From contig NC_087262.1 in assembly GCF_037042905.1 (NCBI RefSeq), positions 24,986,001-25,050,000 of the forward strand: a DNA stretch of 64,000 bases, written 5' to 3'. Position numbers and translations under genes: made by a program. Below the pieces are notes generated by a model. That model ran no database searches, was not told the origin of the DNA, and saw nothing but the letters and a program-made list of their open reading frames with translations. Each line of letters starts with the position of its first letter. Position 1 is the stretch's first letter. Source of the stretch: Lytechinus pictus. Its lineage: Eukaryota. Positions 24,611 through 39,331 of the stretch are shown piece by piece.

Positions 24611-25398
24611 CCCTATCTTAACTGGGCTATTTTGGACCAGTATATACTGGGGGAGGGGGTCAATTTGACCCCCCCTCAGATCTCGGCCGCTGATTGCGCA
24701 ATCGCCGCAAATATTTGCAAGCACGTAGAGCCAGATTTAAACTACAAGAGTGTATAGTAAAATTTTCAACAAAAAAAAAAAAATTATTAATTAATTATGC
24801 AAATAAGCATATGAAATTTGACATAAATTTGGTTTTTTGTGTTGTATTTGCCTTTAACTCAATTTATATAGCTAGTAGAATGCTAATTTTTGATGGGAGT
24901 ATCAATTATTACATTTCTAACAAATATCTACAAAAAAATAGCAAAAATATAATTAATTTCTTATGTATTTTATTGTTTTTTAAATTCTTATGTATTTCTC
25001 TGTTTTTTCAAACCTTTGTTTTTTAGTGTTTTTCCCGATGAACTTTGTTGAGGACCCTTTTGCGATCATAAGTAGCATAAAATAAATCCATTTAAACCAA
25101 CAAAACTAAAAATAATCATACAATTATGATTTTTGGTTAAAAAACACAAATTGCATTGACTTTTTACACGGAATCACGTTTTTGAGCAATTTCTGGTCTG
25201 ACATACAAAAGTTTACAAAACGTTGCGTAATTTTGGAACCGCGTACCCGGGCGTCGCAAATTTTGTCTCAAAAGATGCGCAAGACTTGAAAGTAAAAAGT
25301 CAGTGAGCGGCGCAGTCAAAAAATTTGTGCGACGGCGTAGTGACAAAATTTGTTGAGGGGGGGGGTCAAATTGACCCCCCCCCCCAGTTTAATAAGGG
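24611..25398. mobile_element. piggyBac-like non-autonomous element
   Basis: ttaa(a)|CCCTatcttaactggg at the left and cccagtttaataAGGG|ttaa at the right. The subterminal palindrome ggggtcaa(a/t)ttgacccc occurs at both ends. Confidence 0.75.
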
Positions 25399-25587
25399 TT
25401 AACAATGCTTTGTATCCTCTGGAAAAAGCGCTAGTATAAATCTAATTATCATTATTAAAAGAAAATAAAAAATGACTTGTCCTATAAAGGGCCTTACTGC
25501 CAGGGATGCCCCCACCCCAAGGAATTTAACAGTCGATCAAAAATCAAACTTCTTTATCATAATGGAAAAGAACACATTTACCTACCT

Positions 25588-26536
25588 CAGGGGTTCTCAA
25601 ACTTTTTCTTTAAAGGGCCAGATGAGACTCCAAGTAAACCTGAAAGGGCCAGGGTGAAGTGAATACTTAGAAAAAAATGTGCGCGAAGCGCAAAAACCCT
25701 TGCGGTCGAGGTCCTAGATGCTCTCTTGTGCATTCTGGCCCTTATTTTTGGAGCATTTGATCCAACAAATTTATTACAGTTTCATATGGAACGCAGGTAA
25801 AATTAGAAAAGATTTCAAATACAGCGAGAGTCAATATTATGATAACAAAATTGAAGTATTTTTTTAAAAGGAATCTAGATTGTATTTATACATACCTGGT
25901 ATTGGGGAGACAGATAATGTCTTGAAGTATCAATATTTTGTGTAGTCAAAGTAGAATGAATAATAGAGCAGGTCTGTTGTAGGCTCTAACAAGAATAGTC
26001 TCCTGGTCACTTTCAATATGGGAAAAGTGACAGTCTGTCAACAAAAAGTTGCTTGAACCTTGGCACAAAAGGTGTAATTGCCAGACGAAGGCACTGGTGC
26101 AAATGTTCACTGGTCAATCATGGGCGGCTTCAACCCCCTCCCCCACACTTTTTTCCAAAACCATGTACAAAACGTAAAAATTACCACATGACCACATGGC
26201 AAGCCCCCCTCCCCCACTTTGAAAACCGTTCTGCGGCCCCTGTCAAGGTACTTCGGTATCTTTCGCACCTGTATGTAGATCCAAACATGGTGAGAACACC
26301 GCTGGTCATCTAATAAGAAAGTAGATCGAACAGACAGGAAAGACTCCACTAAACTTTTTATTTGACAGCCATTATCCGGTTAGGTCTACATGGATACACA
26401 ATGTAATCATATTGAGCTATGTTTCATATTGTGACTTAAAAGTGATTTAAAAAAAAAACCAGCAGAATCTCGCGGGCCAGATTGAGAAGCTCCCCGGGCC
26501 GGATCCGGCCCGCGGGCCGTAGTTTGAGAACCCCTG
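25588..26536. mobile_element. hAT (Charlie-like) MITE with 8-bp TSD
   Basis: TIR caggggttctcaaact / agtttgagaacccctg. TSD ACCTACCT at 25580-25587 and 26537-26544. Confidence 0.88.
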
Positions 26537-27017
26537 ACCTACCTGGATCATGGCCCTACAGGTGACTTCATTTTCTCCTTCCTATCCAAAGGACTTGCTC
26601 CCATGATCAGCAAGACATTCTTATGTAGGGATGCCGGCTCGTCACATCAACATCATCTCATGCTCTCTGCCAAGATTGAAAAAAAAATTAAAAATGTTGT
26701 GATGATAATGCTGTGATCGAATATACACCCCATTATTCAAGGAAGTATTGGCCTTAAAGCTAAATGAACGTAGTTGCAGTAAAACACTGATTTCGTGAGA
26801 AAGTCTGTAAAACCAAGGTAAAGTATTAATATATCACCGTGGATCTAGATCTGGTACAGTTACATAAACTGAACTTTGAGATCGTTCCCAAAGCTGGAAT
26901 TTACCTTTAAACTGCTTTACTTTGACAAAAGGAAGGAAGCAAAGGTGCAACTACCTGTCAAGGATCACAGTATTCATGTGATTCACATAGATACCAAAGC
27001 ATTTAATTCTACCGTTT

Positions 27018-27420
27018 AATGTGTAATGAGAACGGTCAAAGTGATCTTGGAAGCGATCTTCCAAACTGGTTCAGAAAAACCTCTCGATGTAGTTTTCAAG
27101 ATCACTTTGCCTCGTTAAACTGGTTTTAGAGTAAGTGAGGACACAACCGTTCTTCGGAAAGCGATCTTCGCATATTTTGAGCACGCTACTTCCACACACT
27201 GTGTGTAGAATATCTACGCTGCAGTTTCAAATTTCGCGCAAAATATATCACCCAACTGAGAGCGTTCCCATAGCAACAAGGCCACTTTATGTAAAGTGAT
27301 TTTGAAAACCACTTTCGGCTGATCAAATAGGAACGCTAGCAAAGCGATCTTTCAAAGTGGTTTGCTGAACCGATTTCCAGTATAAAACTAGTTTTAGAAA
27401 ATGTAATGAGAACGGTGTCT
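27018..27420. mobile_element. MITE family D copy (one end truncated)
   Basis: Colinear with 35524-35971; ends gtaatgagaacggtgtct. Confidence 0.8.
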
Positions 27421-28974
27421 TAGTGTTTTTCTATGAAGCTTTGCCTGGAAGAAAAACTAAACTTGTATAGTATAAATTCATCTGTACATAAAAAAAAAAT
27501 CCAGTTCAGTTGTCACTATAAATTTCCTGATGTGCAAGTAGGGCATTACAGCCCAGCAACATTTCCTTTTCAAATATTTAGATAATACAGATTACATGAA
27601 GAGAAAGATACAACAAAAATAATAAACACTTGACACTGGATAATAATATTTGCATCGCCCATTCCTGTCCTGGTTTGGTTACATTTAAAGACTTTGAGAC
27701 TTAAAAACATGTTTATTTTCAAATCTGAAAATATTAATTTGTAGTTGAGAAACGATAATATGAAAGCTTTGTACCCAAACATCCATTGGCAGTACTGTAT
27801 GCATGTAGGCCTATGTTAATAATAAGTGAATAATCACAGCCACTGTTTGAAAACAACTCTGCTTTGTTCTTATCACAGCTGTTTTGAATTCCACAGATAG
27901 TACATGTAAATTTTTAGAAAGTATGAAACTATGAATGTTGTTTCTTTGAAATGGTGGAAATATTTGAGTTACAGTTTAAAAGACCAATCAGAATGTTACT
28001 AATTTGTCTGTTACTCTGTGATGTGATGCTCTATGTAACATGATTTTTTTTCCTTTATATTTATATATTTTATTGGTTTATTGGCTTGTGAAATAAAGTT
28101 GAAATTGAAATTGTAATATCCATGGAAGCATTCAGTAGTCTGAGTCAATGTTTGAGAATGATACTCATGATACCAAAGATCAATTTTGCAGTGCTGTCAG
28201 GAAAGGATTATTCTTGCCTGGTACCCATCTACCACAGTGTACTACACACCGTGTGTCGAGTGTCTAGCCTACTGTAGTCCAGCACATCACAACACGGGCA
28301 AATTTCTGATTGAAAGAAATTAAAGGCATGCCTGGGGCTTGAACCCCTGACCCTTTGATTGGGAGTCCAGAGTCATACCCTTAAAAACCACATCCCCAGT
28401 TAACAAGTGTATTTACATGTACAACAAGGGCCTTGAGACAGGTTGAGCCATATCGATTGATTGAACTAGATACACAGCATGATATGTGTACAACTGTTTA
28501 ACAAATCAGAAATGAAAAGGAAAAGCATGATCACAGTTATATACATACAGCCTGGGAAATAATCATCAGACCATATTATGGGAGTTATTTGGAAGGTGGT
28601 CTAATAATTATTACCAAAACTGTAATATAGGCCTATGTTCAAGTGCACATTATGTAGATTGTACTATAAGTGTAAACATTTGGAAAATATATTGGTGCTA
28701 TCCTGCTGAATTTATAAGAGATTATTGAATTGCTGTCAACATACTTGCCTTGATGAACTAATATACTTCCTGCATGAGTCATGAAAGGACATTAACTAAT
28801 CTCCTAAACTTTTTCTGATACATTATCAACATTAAAGACAAGTTGGCTTTGATGATGATCATAATATCAATTCAACTTTTTAACACCACATCTACTCTGT
28901 AGAGAGCACATTGAGAGTTTCTATTGAATAAAAAACGTTTTTAATTAAAAGATTCAAAAGAGCAATGAGTCATT

Positions 28975-29452
28975 AGGTGGTTTCAAACCGCCTCGATCAC
29001 AAGAATCCCCGTTAAATTACGAGAACTTTTTTAGGCTGAAAAATACCCATTAATTATTCCTGAATTCACACCGCCCTGAAACATACCCTTCGGGATAAGT
29101 TCCTGAAGTTACGAGCATGCGCAGTATGGTCTGATAAGCAGCAAGGCGCGAAATTCAAAATCACTAGCCCAGCAGCAACCCATGCACGGCGCCACACCCA
29201 ACGACACGCTGGGCTAAAAGTTCCCGTAATTTGCTTTCAGACCGCCAAAATACCCACGACCTTGGAAAAATCCCCGCGAAAGTTCTCGTAATTTCGCCAA
29301 GTACCTACTATTTGTCGGGTATTTTCTTTCGGGGATATTACGCGTAGTTTGCTTTCACACCGCCAAAATACCTGGTATTTTCTGATCGGGGTAAATTTCC
29401 CGATCAGAGAATACCTGGAACTGGCGAACTTCGAGGCGGTCTGAAACCACCT
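28975..29452. mobile_element. MITE family C copy, inverted relative to 16676-17153
   Basis: Same length and TIRs, with only a few substitutions visible. Confidence 0.9.
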
Positions 29453-30199
29453 TTTGACAACTGGAACTTTTTGCTTGAGCAAGTAAGGTGGCACTGGGCT
29501 GAGAGCTTTAAAATTCTTTGGCTCAATGTTTATAGTAACATGCAAAACAGATAACAAGTGTATCTCACATGAGTGATTTTAAGGGCTAATTCCCTATTTA
29601 TGGTACTACTTCAATACTAGTTTCATTAGAAAAAAGGGCAAAAAGCCTTTGTCAATGTGGGTATTAAATAAAGCATAAATAGGCCTAATCAGACCGCCAC
29701 AATCTTCGAGAATTATTTTCTGATGGGGTGTGCCTCACAAAACTAGGTCTAGGGAACTAAATATATACCGCGTGGTGTGAAAATAAGGAACAGGATCGCA
29801 GCATTGTGGGTATGTTGCACCATAGCACTGTGCATGCGGTAGCCATGCATGCAAGGAGCGGCTACTAGTTATACATGTAGGGAGTTGCGAAGCCGTACGT
29901 GCATCTCTTGCATGCGGTGCTCGCGCTTGACAATTTCGGCAGGGCTGGGGAACTGAGATGTCTCGTAACGGGGGTCTTGAGAGCGGGGCTTGGCGGCTTC
30001 TGATTTGAACTTTTGTCATTCGGAGTATCTAGAGAACTGGAAATTAGGTCTGAAAAGGGGGGTCATCAAGTCGGCACGTCCCGTACCACCAATATATGTG
30101 AGTGCCCCCCCCCCCCCCGGATACATGTAGGCTAAATGTACAGTATATTGCATTTTAAATATTAAAAAAAAAAAAAAAGACAAGTGGTTCATAAAAAAT

Positions 30200-30676
30200 A
30201 TGGTTTCAAACAGCCTCGATCACAAGAATTACAAGAACATTTTCATTTTAAAACAATTACCCAATAATTATTTTCACATTCACACTGCCCCGAAACATTC
30301 CCTTTGGGAAAAGTTATTGAAGTTTAGCATGCGCAATATGGTCTGATAAGCAGGCAAGGCGTGGGATTCAAAATCGCTGGCTCAGCAGCCACCAACGGCG
30401 CCAGTGCCCAACTGCACGCGGGGCTTAGAAAGTTCCCAAAATTTACTTTCACACTGCCAAAATACCTGCCACCTTGGAAAAATCCCTGTGAAATTTCTCG
30501 TAATTTTGACAAGTACCTACTATTTTGTAGGTATTTTCTTTCAGGGATATTACTCGCAGTTTGCTTTCACACTGCCAAGCTTACCTGGTATTTTCTGATT
30601 GGGATAGATCTGGGCAAATTTCCCGATCAGGAAATACCTGGTACTGACGAACCTCAAGGCAGTCTAAAACCACCTA
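30200..30676. mobile_element. Diverged MITE family C copy
   Basis: Colinear with 28975-29452 but with many substitutions. Confidence 0.8.
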
Positions 30677-30947
30677 TAGATGCTCAGGAGTTGCATCTAC
30701 TTGTACATGAATAAATGTAGCTCAACTCAATCCCAGTCCATATCCTCAAACAGGCCCCAAGCAACTATGGATTTTGTAGTGCATGTACAAGTATGCAGAG
30801 TGTATAGGCCTATATTATGAGGTAATTTATAACAGGCATCTTTCACAAAGAAGGAGAGGGGATGTCTAGAGAGGAAGTTAATCACTCATAAATGGCAAGT
30901 GCAAACAAATGACATCATCTCATACAAAGAAGAGTAGGAGAATATCT

Positions 30948-31217
30948 GGCCCGTCTATGAAGAGTTGTTATTGATCCGATCAAGCACAACTATGGAAGCC
31001 AGCAACGCCAACATTTAAAATACAAATTTGTTCAATTTTTTCTACATATTATGTTTCATCGCTCTCTTGATATATTTGAAGCTCTTTGGATTCTCTTTGT
31101 TTTGTACTATTAAAAGAGATTGCACAAATTTCCTTCAGAAAAAAATATGGTATGGATGGATTTCCAGACAGTTGAGATTGATTGGATCAATTGTAACTCT
31201 TTGTAAGACGGGCCCAG
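30948..31217. mobile_element. Small MITE, related to 15840-16116
   Basis: TIR ctggcccgtct..aagagtt / aactcttt..agacgggcccag. Confidence 0.6.
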
Positions 31218-32065
31218 AAATACACGATTGCTTTGAATATTGCTATTCAAGAGGCTCCCCTATTCATCACATATCCAAGTCATCCACTTTATATAACTTT
31301 AATAGAAATAGTAGATACAAAAAGTATGATTCCCAGGTTATACAGACCTCTGTGCCTTGGGAAGTTCTTTACTCACTGAAGGCATTGAGCAGGAAGACAA
31401 AATGTCTTGGTTTCATAACAGAACTTTACTAAGCTTATACATTAACATGTAGGTCATGTAGAACTGATGACTCCAATTCCTGAGGAAACATGCTTCGTAA
31501 AACTTGTAAAAATAAAGTTTAAAAGCACAGAATTAGATTACACCCTTTCAAGAAAGTCCTTCCAGGAATGATTGGCTATGATAAAAAGACTATGTAGGAA
31601 GTGCAATGCAGTGATTTAAAGGGGGACTGCCCTCTGACGAACTCAAATTGCATCTCCTGTCATAGACCCATAAATCATTGATAGTTTGTGCTGAATCTTG
31701 ATACATCTACATGTACCTTTTTAAAAAAAATATTGGAAACCTACAATTTCTTTTAAAGGAAAAAACATTTGATCATTATTGAGTAAAAGGGTAAATTACA
31801 AAGTTGTACATGTATGTCACTATAAAGATGGCAATACTGCTCACTTTTTCACTTCATTGGAAACTCGGAGTAGTTTTAATGCAGGTCACAGGTGAAATAT
31901 GTTCAAAATATCAATGCATGCGCAATTAAATGAAATGTTTAAAGTCGGGAAGACACAGAAAGGATAATGTTGCAAAGCACTACAACTTTATCATGCTAAT
32001 TATGCTATGGAAGGCAATTGAAGTTACAAAGCCAGAATAAGTTAGGATGACTTACCATTCACTCA

Positions 32066-32469
32066 AGGGCTGTCTGCACCATCCCGAGTTTTCAAATTAG
32101 CGCGCTATTTCTGATCCGGCAAAATATCCCGATCTGAACAATTTTGAGATATTTGTAATGGAGATGCAATTATCGCGCTAGTTCGTAGAATTAATCTCGA
32201 GATTGGAATCCCAAGTCAACTTGGGATTATTTGCAAAATAGCGCGCTATTTTACGAATTATCCCGCTTATTCGCAGGTGCAAATGCACTTGGGATTATTT
32301 ATTTATTCACGGCGTCAGACCATAATGCATCGATGCCTCGCTCGAGCAGGAATTGCTCTTCTTGTGATGGTGGAGACGGGGTTTCTTGAATCTCGAGATT
32401 AATCGCGAAGAGGGCCGATCGGGCTAAAATCTCAAGATTGAGCAAACTCGGGCTGATGCAGCACCGCCT
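32066..32469. mobile_element. MITE family E
   Basis: TIR agggctgtctgcaccatcccgagttt / aaactcgggctgatgcagcaccgcct. An internally deleted inverted copy lies at ~44021-44245. Confidence 0.75.
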
Positions 32470-32880
32470 TCTGTGACTAAAATTTATTCCAACTCAGGGA
32501 ATCTTCTCTGCCTATTCCTGAATCATAAAGGTGGAATATTGATCCATGGTCATGGTCATGAACGCGTAAGACAAAAGGAGTGTTACACCATTACAGCCTT
32601 GAGATTATCTACATGTAAATATAGCTCTAAATTTGGCGGACAACCCGGCAGGTAGTTTGTTGACCACAACCAACTTGTGATGACTATTAAAAAGTTGCAT
32701 GGATGGAACAATGGATTACACAAAGGCCTTCCAGATGACCAATAACTGACCACTTCCAGTATCAACATCCTATAGCATGAACCCACAGGGTGATGGTCAA
32801 ATATTTCCTGAGAGATGACAGCCAGAACACGGCATATAGACAAAACATTTCTATACATACAGTAGAGTACAAATTTATTA

Positions 32881-33734
32881 GGGTGTGTTTATGCTTCCAT
32901 TGCGAGGACAGAATCAGCGTTTTCAAACGTCGATTCAAAACGCCAATGGTAAACGTGGTTCTGGGAGTGCTGTTTATGCTTAACTTTTCAGAGGCGAAAT
33001 CACGATCTCCAGCTGGCTTCGCATCGTAATTTTCGTTGAGCAGGAAAGCAAGGTCAAATTGGGCGCGCCCTTTTTCGAAAGTTTTTTTTTTCCGAGTGTT
33101 GTTATGGGGAAGGTACGTCGACTGTTATATAAACATCGAACAATTTCCGATGTTTTAGTCATTGCATGGAGCTTCTTGATATGGCCATATAATTTCCACC
33201 ATGGTGAGGATAATAGTAAGAAAAAAATAAAGAATATTAAGTATACAAAATAATTAAATTTATATTTGTTTATGCTACTGGGGCATCTGGCGATGTCTCC
33301 TCATTATAACCCATGTTCCATTTTTTTTTGTGTGTGTAAAATCCGTCAATGTTCATCGAGATGACAAATTGGAAGAGTAATACTAGTAATAGTACTAAAC
33401 ATGAAAAACAAGGGAGATGAGAGGTAATTCCGTGGAGGTATAACATGCGACCATGGAGCAATGCGACTGTATTTGCCCGCGGATTTTCATCTCACCGGAA
33501 GCATGTACCAAATGACTTCATTTAAACACGTTTATGATCGTGGTTTTGTTTATACTTCCCCAGAAAGCCTGATTCTGGTCAAACGACGTTTACAAACGCC
33601 CCTTTTTGTGAGTTTACGATCGGCATTTTGAAACAACGTTTAAATGAAAGTAAGCATGGACGCAACCGTGTTTTGGACTAATCACGTTTGGAAATGCTGA
33701 TTCTGGCCTGAAAAGTGGAAGCATAAACACGGCC
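32881..33734. mobile_element. PIF/Harbinger-like MITE
   Basis: TTA|gggtgtgtttatgcttcca at the left and tggaagcataaacacggcc|TTA at the right (3-bp TSD). Confidence 0.75.
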
Positions 33735-33958
33735 TTAGAGTAGGGCACACATGATAGTAACATAAAATCAAGGTCTGATTCAGAAGTGGAGAGGTAGCCA
33801 AGGATGTTGTTGCAACTGGCAAATCACTCCAGTCAACGTGAATCACAAGGTTACAACTGATAGCAGTTTCACCTTGGAGACTCCTCCATAACTCCTACCA
33901 AAAAAAAATTAACTTGCCTAAAAGTCACAACAAAATTTCCTCATGCTTCAGCATATAA

Positions 33959-34340
33959 TACCCCTTTCATAAACCCAATAAAATCCAATTATGCGGCTAA
34001 TAGCAGCATAATTTGGTCGTAAAATCAGAGGAGGACAAGAGCTATCCGCATTATTCTGATGCTGCTATTATCGGGACAAGATTTTGAGTTTATGAACGTA
34101 TTTCCAAATAATAATTGGAAATTTGATAATTGCCATGGTGCGGTCACAAGGTCACCCTTTTCCAACACAACCGCATTGGAGGGGACGTGTCCAGTTGTCA
34201 TGACGATTATCCGCCTTTTTCAGGACGGGCGCTCGTAAAAATAATGCGGATAATTTTCGGAGTTTGTGAACGCAATTTTTATTGAATTATCCGCATTACC
34301 CCCCGGTACTCTTAGGCAGCTAATTGGAGGATAGGTTTTA
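33959..34340. mobile_element. MITE family A copy, right end clipped
   Basis: Colinear with 12055-12426. Confidence 0.82.
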
Positions 34341-34566
34341 TAGCAATGGCAGAGAGATGTATTTCTGTGAAAATGTTGCATGAACTGTTTCCATGACTGC
34401 TGCAGATGAAAAAGGTCTCCAAGAGATCAAACATGTTTGATTTCTTGGGACTCCCTAGTCTCAAGACTGAACTCTTTGTACTTGAGAATATTCCCTATAA
34501 CGTTCTTTATAGCGAGCACATGCTGGGAGGGGGGGGGGACCTTTTCCAAGTTTGTGTATCCTTTTA

Positions 34567-35052
34567 TACGCTTTTCACACTGCACTTTTTTTCCTTAACC
34601 CCGGGAAATTGGTGGGGCTAAGGGGCGGTCTTAGCCCCACCAATTTCCCGGGGTTAAGCTTAGCCCACTTCGTTTTCACACTACGTTTTAGCAAAGTGGG
34701 CTAGCACGGTAAATAGTACGGTACTATCTGGCCCTGCAAAAAAGCAGGGTTAGCCGGCTTATTGTGGTGCTAGCACCACAATTGCGGTGCTAAGAGATGC
34801 AGTGTGAAAACGAAACAGGGCTAAGGAAAGTGGGGCTATGCATAAGCCAATCACGGAAGTCGAATTGCACGTTAATCACGCTCTGTATGGTAAAATCATC
34901 AATATTCATGAGCTGAGGGATAGTCCGGGGTAAAGGCATTATCCCCGGCTGAGCAGATAGTATGGGGTTAAGAAAGACAGAGTGAATCGAAAAAAAGATA
35001 GTATGGGGTTAAGGATAGTATGGGCTTAAGGAAATGCAGTGTGAAAAGCATA
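34567..35052. mobile_element. MITE
   Basis: TIR ta.gcttttcacactgca / tgcagtgtgaaaagcata, with internal repeats gatagtatgggg.ttaag. Confidence 0.75.
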
Positions 35053-35523
35053 TTAGAGATAAAGATCACTGATACTCAAATGGCAGAAGGTCACAGTGAT
35101 TCCTTTGAAGAAAATTTTGCAGAAATCTTACCCTGGGGCTGACTCAACATCATCAGAGCAAACAGACAAGATCCGAAATAAAGAAGGTGTTTTTTGGTTA
35201 ACATACAAGTACAGTGTTCTTTGTGATCACAGACAAACATTACCTAGCTATTGGAGAAAGTGTATTCAGGTTTGAAAATATGAATGAGTTGAAAACTGTA
35301 ACGGTTATAAAACTAATAACCGGAAAAGCCTTGGTGCAACCATGACTACAAAAAGCTCTCCTCTCTCCTGTGCAGAGCTGCGACAAAATTATATTTATTA
35401 TTTTCCCTGTATCTACTACTGAACAACAATAAAAAAAAATATATCAAACAACCAAAGCTCCTGAAAACAGGTGAGTCTTCTACATTTGTACATGTAATTG
35501 GAGATATGATGTGATGAAGTCAT

Positions 35524-35971
35524 AGACACCGTTCTCACTACCTTCCTATAACTAATAGTGGAAACTAGTTTAGTGGAAAACGTGTAATGAGAGCGGTCGA
35601 AGCGATTTTGGAAGCGATCTTCCAAACTGGTTCATAAAACCACCTCGTGATGTAGTTTTGAAGATCGCTTCGCCTCGTTAAACTGGTTTTAGCGTAAGGG
35701 CACAACCATTCTTCGGGAAGCGATCTTCGCACATTTTGAGCGCACTACTCTGTACACTGTGTGTAGAATGCCTACGCTGCTGTTTCGAATTTCGTGCGAA
35801 ATGTGTCACCCCACTGAGAGCGTTCCTATAGCAACAAGATCGCTTTACATGAAGTGACTTTAAAAACCACTTTCGGGTGATCAAATGGGAACGCTAGCAA
35901 AGCGATTTTCCAAACTGGTTTCCTGAACCGGTTTCCAGTAAACTTGTTTTAGAAAGCATGAGAACGGTGTC
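35524..35971. mobile_element. MITE family D
   Basis: TIR gacaccgttctca / tgagaacggtgtc. Confidence 0.85.
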
Positions 35972-37053
35972 AAACACAGGTTGAGAATGCGTGCCTGTAC
36001 TTACAGAATGATGTGCAGAGAAGAACATCAGGCAGTTATTCCTAAGTGTTGAATTCCAAATCATGTAGTCACCTTATTACAAAAGGTTTGGTGAATAAAA
36101 TCTATCTCTTGTTTTGTAGAGTTCCAATGAATCCCACACATTACTCCTTAGTACATATATATTGTAAATAATGAAGATCTCCTCAGGTGGAGACCTCTTG
36201 ATGTATTAAAAGATGGCGAATGACGTCTGTTCAAGAAGATATTGCAGAATTTGTTGTTTGCGGATGTACCCGGTGTTTATCTGTTCTTCAAACAGGTGAC
36301 TAACAAGGGTTTGGCCTATAAACCGGCTGGATGCATTCCGGTCAAATCATCTCAAAATTGAATGTCAGCATGTGAAGACGAAAGGTCTAGTTTATACCTG
36401 AATTTTCATAGTGTACCTTAGGAGTGTCTGTCTGCAGGTAAAAATGGATAGATTTTCTTCATAATTTTGTTTGTTTATTTGTTATTTCATGTAATTTTTT
36501 TTCCCATGAGATAAGCTACTTGGGCAGGGTTGAATAAGATCTCATATTAATGAAGTTCAAGGACATGATAATATTTCACAAGCACACACAGAGCAATCAT
36601 TAATAACCCATGGATATTTTGCATTATAATTTTGAAAAGGTTTAAATATTTCATAAACATATGATGAACGCCTATAATAAACTTGAAACATCAATGAAGG
36701 TCAATAATATGACCATATACACTGCAACATGATAATTTGTTTGACTGATTTTTCTAGGTTTTTTCATTTTTAATTTTCCTAACCAACTTCTTGTAAAGGT
36801 GCACTTGGCCTTATAATAAATAACCAGTCAGAGATGACATCTGTAGGTTGTAATGTAAGCAAAATCTTCAAGAAACATTATCTGATAATTGAAGATAACA
36901 TTGCAATCAATCATTGAATTCAGTCCTACCATCAATTTTTGTAACCTTTTTTTCCTTGTAATCATTCACCAAAAGCATTTACCAACTACAATTTTACAAA
37001 ATTTAGTTTCAAGTTATCTACAATGTATAAAAAATTTTGATGAGTATAAAGTG

Positions 37054-37454
37054 CAGTGCTTTCCCTTTCAAAAGAAACTTCCTGGAATTTACTCTGAAAT
37101 TTCCTGGAATATGTTCTCCAGTCTTTCATAAGAAGTTATACTTCTCTTCTATACACAAAAAGATGAAATATAGGGCCCAGTGCCGAAATGAGCCAAAAAT
37201 TTTGAGGGGCGAAATATGAACAGACGTATTGGGCAAAAGAATTGCGAGCGAATGAAGCGAGCGAGCAAAAATGTTGACATTTTCATTACAAAGATCCAAC
37301 TTTGAGATAGATTTTTGACATAATATTCAGAAAATAATATCATTCTTGGAAATGATATCTTCCCGGAATTTCTCACTTCCTGAAATGATCTTGGAAAATA
37401 GCATAAGTTAACGGAATTGACTGGATTTCGGGAAGGTCAAGAGTGGAAGCCCTG
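37054..37454. mobile_element. hAT-like MITE with 8-bp TSD
   Basis: Ends are cagtgcttt and aagccctg. TSD ATAAAGTG at 37046-37053 and 37455-37462. Confidence 0.75.
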
Positions 37455-38377
37455 ATAAAGTGTGCAAACAGTGACCTCTGCTGACTGTACATATGTATGC
37501 AGTATTAAAATGTATGTAAACTTTGCGGTCTGGACCTCTACCTGAAAATTGGATGCCTACACTGTACACAAGCAGTTGTTATTGTCATTACCATACTTTG
37601 ACCAAGAGCATTTAAAATGTAGGACAGCAATCTGTATTAATGGATTAAACATCTCATCATTCGGCAAATAAAAGGGCTATATATTGCAATTTTAAAAATT
37701 ATTTTTTGAATAGAGTATTGAGAGCCATTTGTGGTGATGTCTTCAAAATTACCAAAATCAATGTATTTTTGGAAAAAAAATTGATAACAAAGGGCAAATT
37801 GCCCCTAAATGCCAATTCTGGCTACTAGGAAGGGCAATATCTTGTGCATTCGAGGGTTCACAAGACCAAGGTTCCTAGGTCCGATTACAGTAATTTCACC
37901 ATGAAGTTGATAATTCTCATAGCATATTTTCTTTCATTAGGAATCTAGGATGTTTGTCTACATCAGTGGAAAAGTTTCCACTTTACATATTCTCGAATGA
38001 AAACGGAAATATAATCTGACATGTTGCGGATGATAACTGACATTAATTTGGTGAAACTTTGGTACATCGGGACAACATGATTTATACTTGAGTATCATTT
38101 CACTAATCACTTATCTTCTCAATCAGAAATATTTTGAGATTCACAAGAATTCAAATATTCCCCTGATTTTGAAACGATATATTTCAAGTCAATTTTTTTT
38201 TTTTGGGGGGGGGGAAGAAAAATCATGTAGTTTATGGCTAATTTGCAAGTGGGAAGATTTTCATGGGAAGGACCTGTTGGGCATTTTATCCGACAAAGTC
38301 TGTTTTATTTGACAGTTACCATAGTAACAGTCCTCACAAAATGCAATTGCATGATACATGTACTGTATGTAGCTAGC

Positions 38378-38419
<42 letters not shown>

Positions 38420-39212
38420 ATTCAATTCAATTCTTTATTCATTCAAATTCAAATACAATGTAGGTTAATAAAAATGAATTATGCTCCACATCCCAATGCA
38501 ACCCCAATGCAGGCTGCTACAGATAGGGTTTCTTGAATCACAAGATTTAATTTCTGAAAGGGACAATTCGGCTAAAACCATATCTGGCTAAAACTATAAG
38601 ATTCAGCAAATTTTGGGCTAGTGGAGAACCACCATATAAAGAAAGCCTCCGGCCCATCTGAATTCAGGAAGATGTTTCACCTCTAAAACCTCAGCTAAGA
38701 TTGACCTTTCTAAACTGACCTAGTAAAACGTGGCATCCTTCTTGGAAACATGGATCAGACAGAGACCCATCTCAATGTCATATGGTTAGCTGCCTTTCAC
38801 TTTGAAACCAAAAGATCTACATTGGTTTCAAAGAGAAGGAAATGAAATGTCAGCTTGCATGAAAATTAGAAATGTATAGGCCTAAATGGACAGCATTCCT
38901 CATGTCCAAGCACTTGTCTTTCCTAACTGCTACTTCCCCTGCATACATGTAGGTTATAGAAGTCTAAATGACAATGATTCTTACAGTTTGCAATAGTATT
39001 GATGTACTTTTCATTACTTATCAGAAAAACTATTTTATTATCTTTGAATACTAAAAAAACTTACTAAAAGTGTAGGCAATGTGGATCAGGGGCGTAGACA
39101 ACGGGGGGGATGAGGGGGATGCATCCCCCCCACCTCACAAGGTGGGGGGGATGGCATGTACAATCATCCCCCCCAGGTTTTGGGGAATGATATTTGGTTA
39201 CTTGATAAGTCA

Positions 39213-39331
39213 TAATGATGATAATAATAGTAATAATAATAATGATAACAATTATAATATTAATAATAATAATAATTATGATGATGATAATAATAATCCT
39301 CATCATTATTGTAATTGTGTTTATTGTTATT
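39213..39331. repeat. (AAT)n-like microsatellite
   Basis: Degenerate AAT/GAT run. Confidence 0.9.
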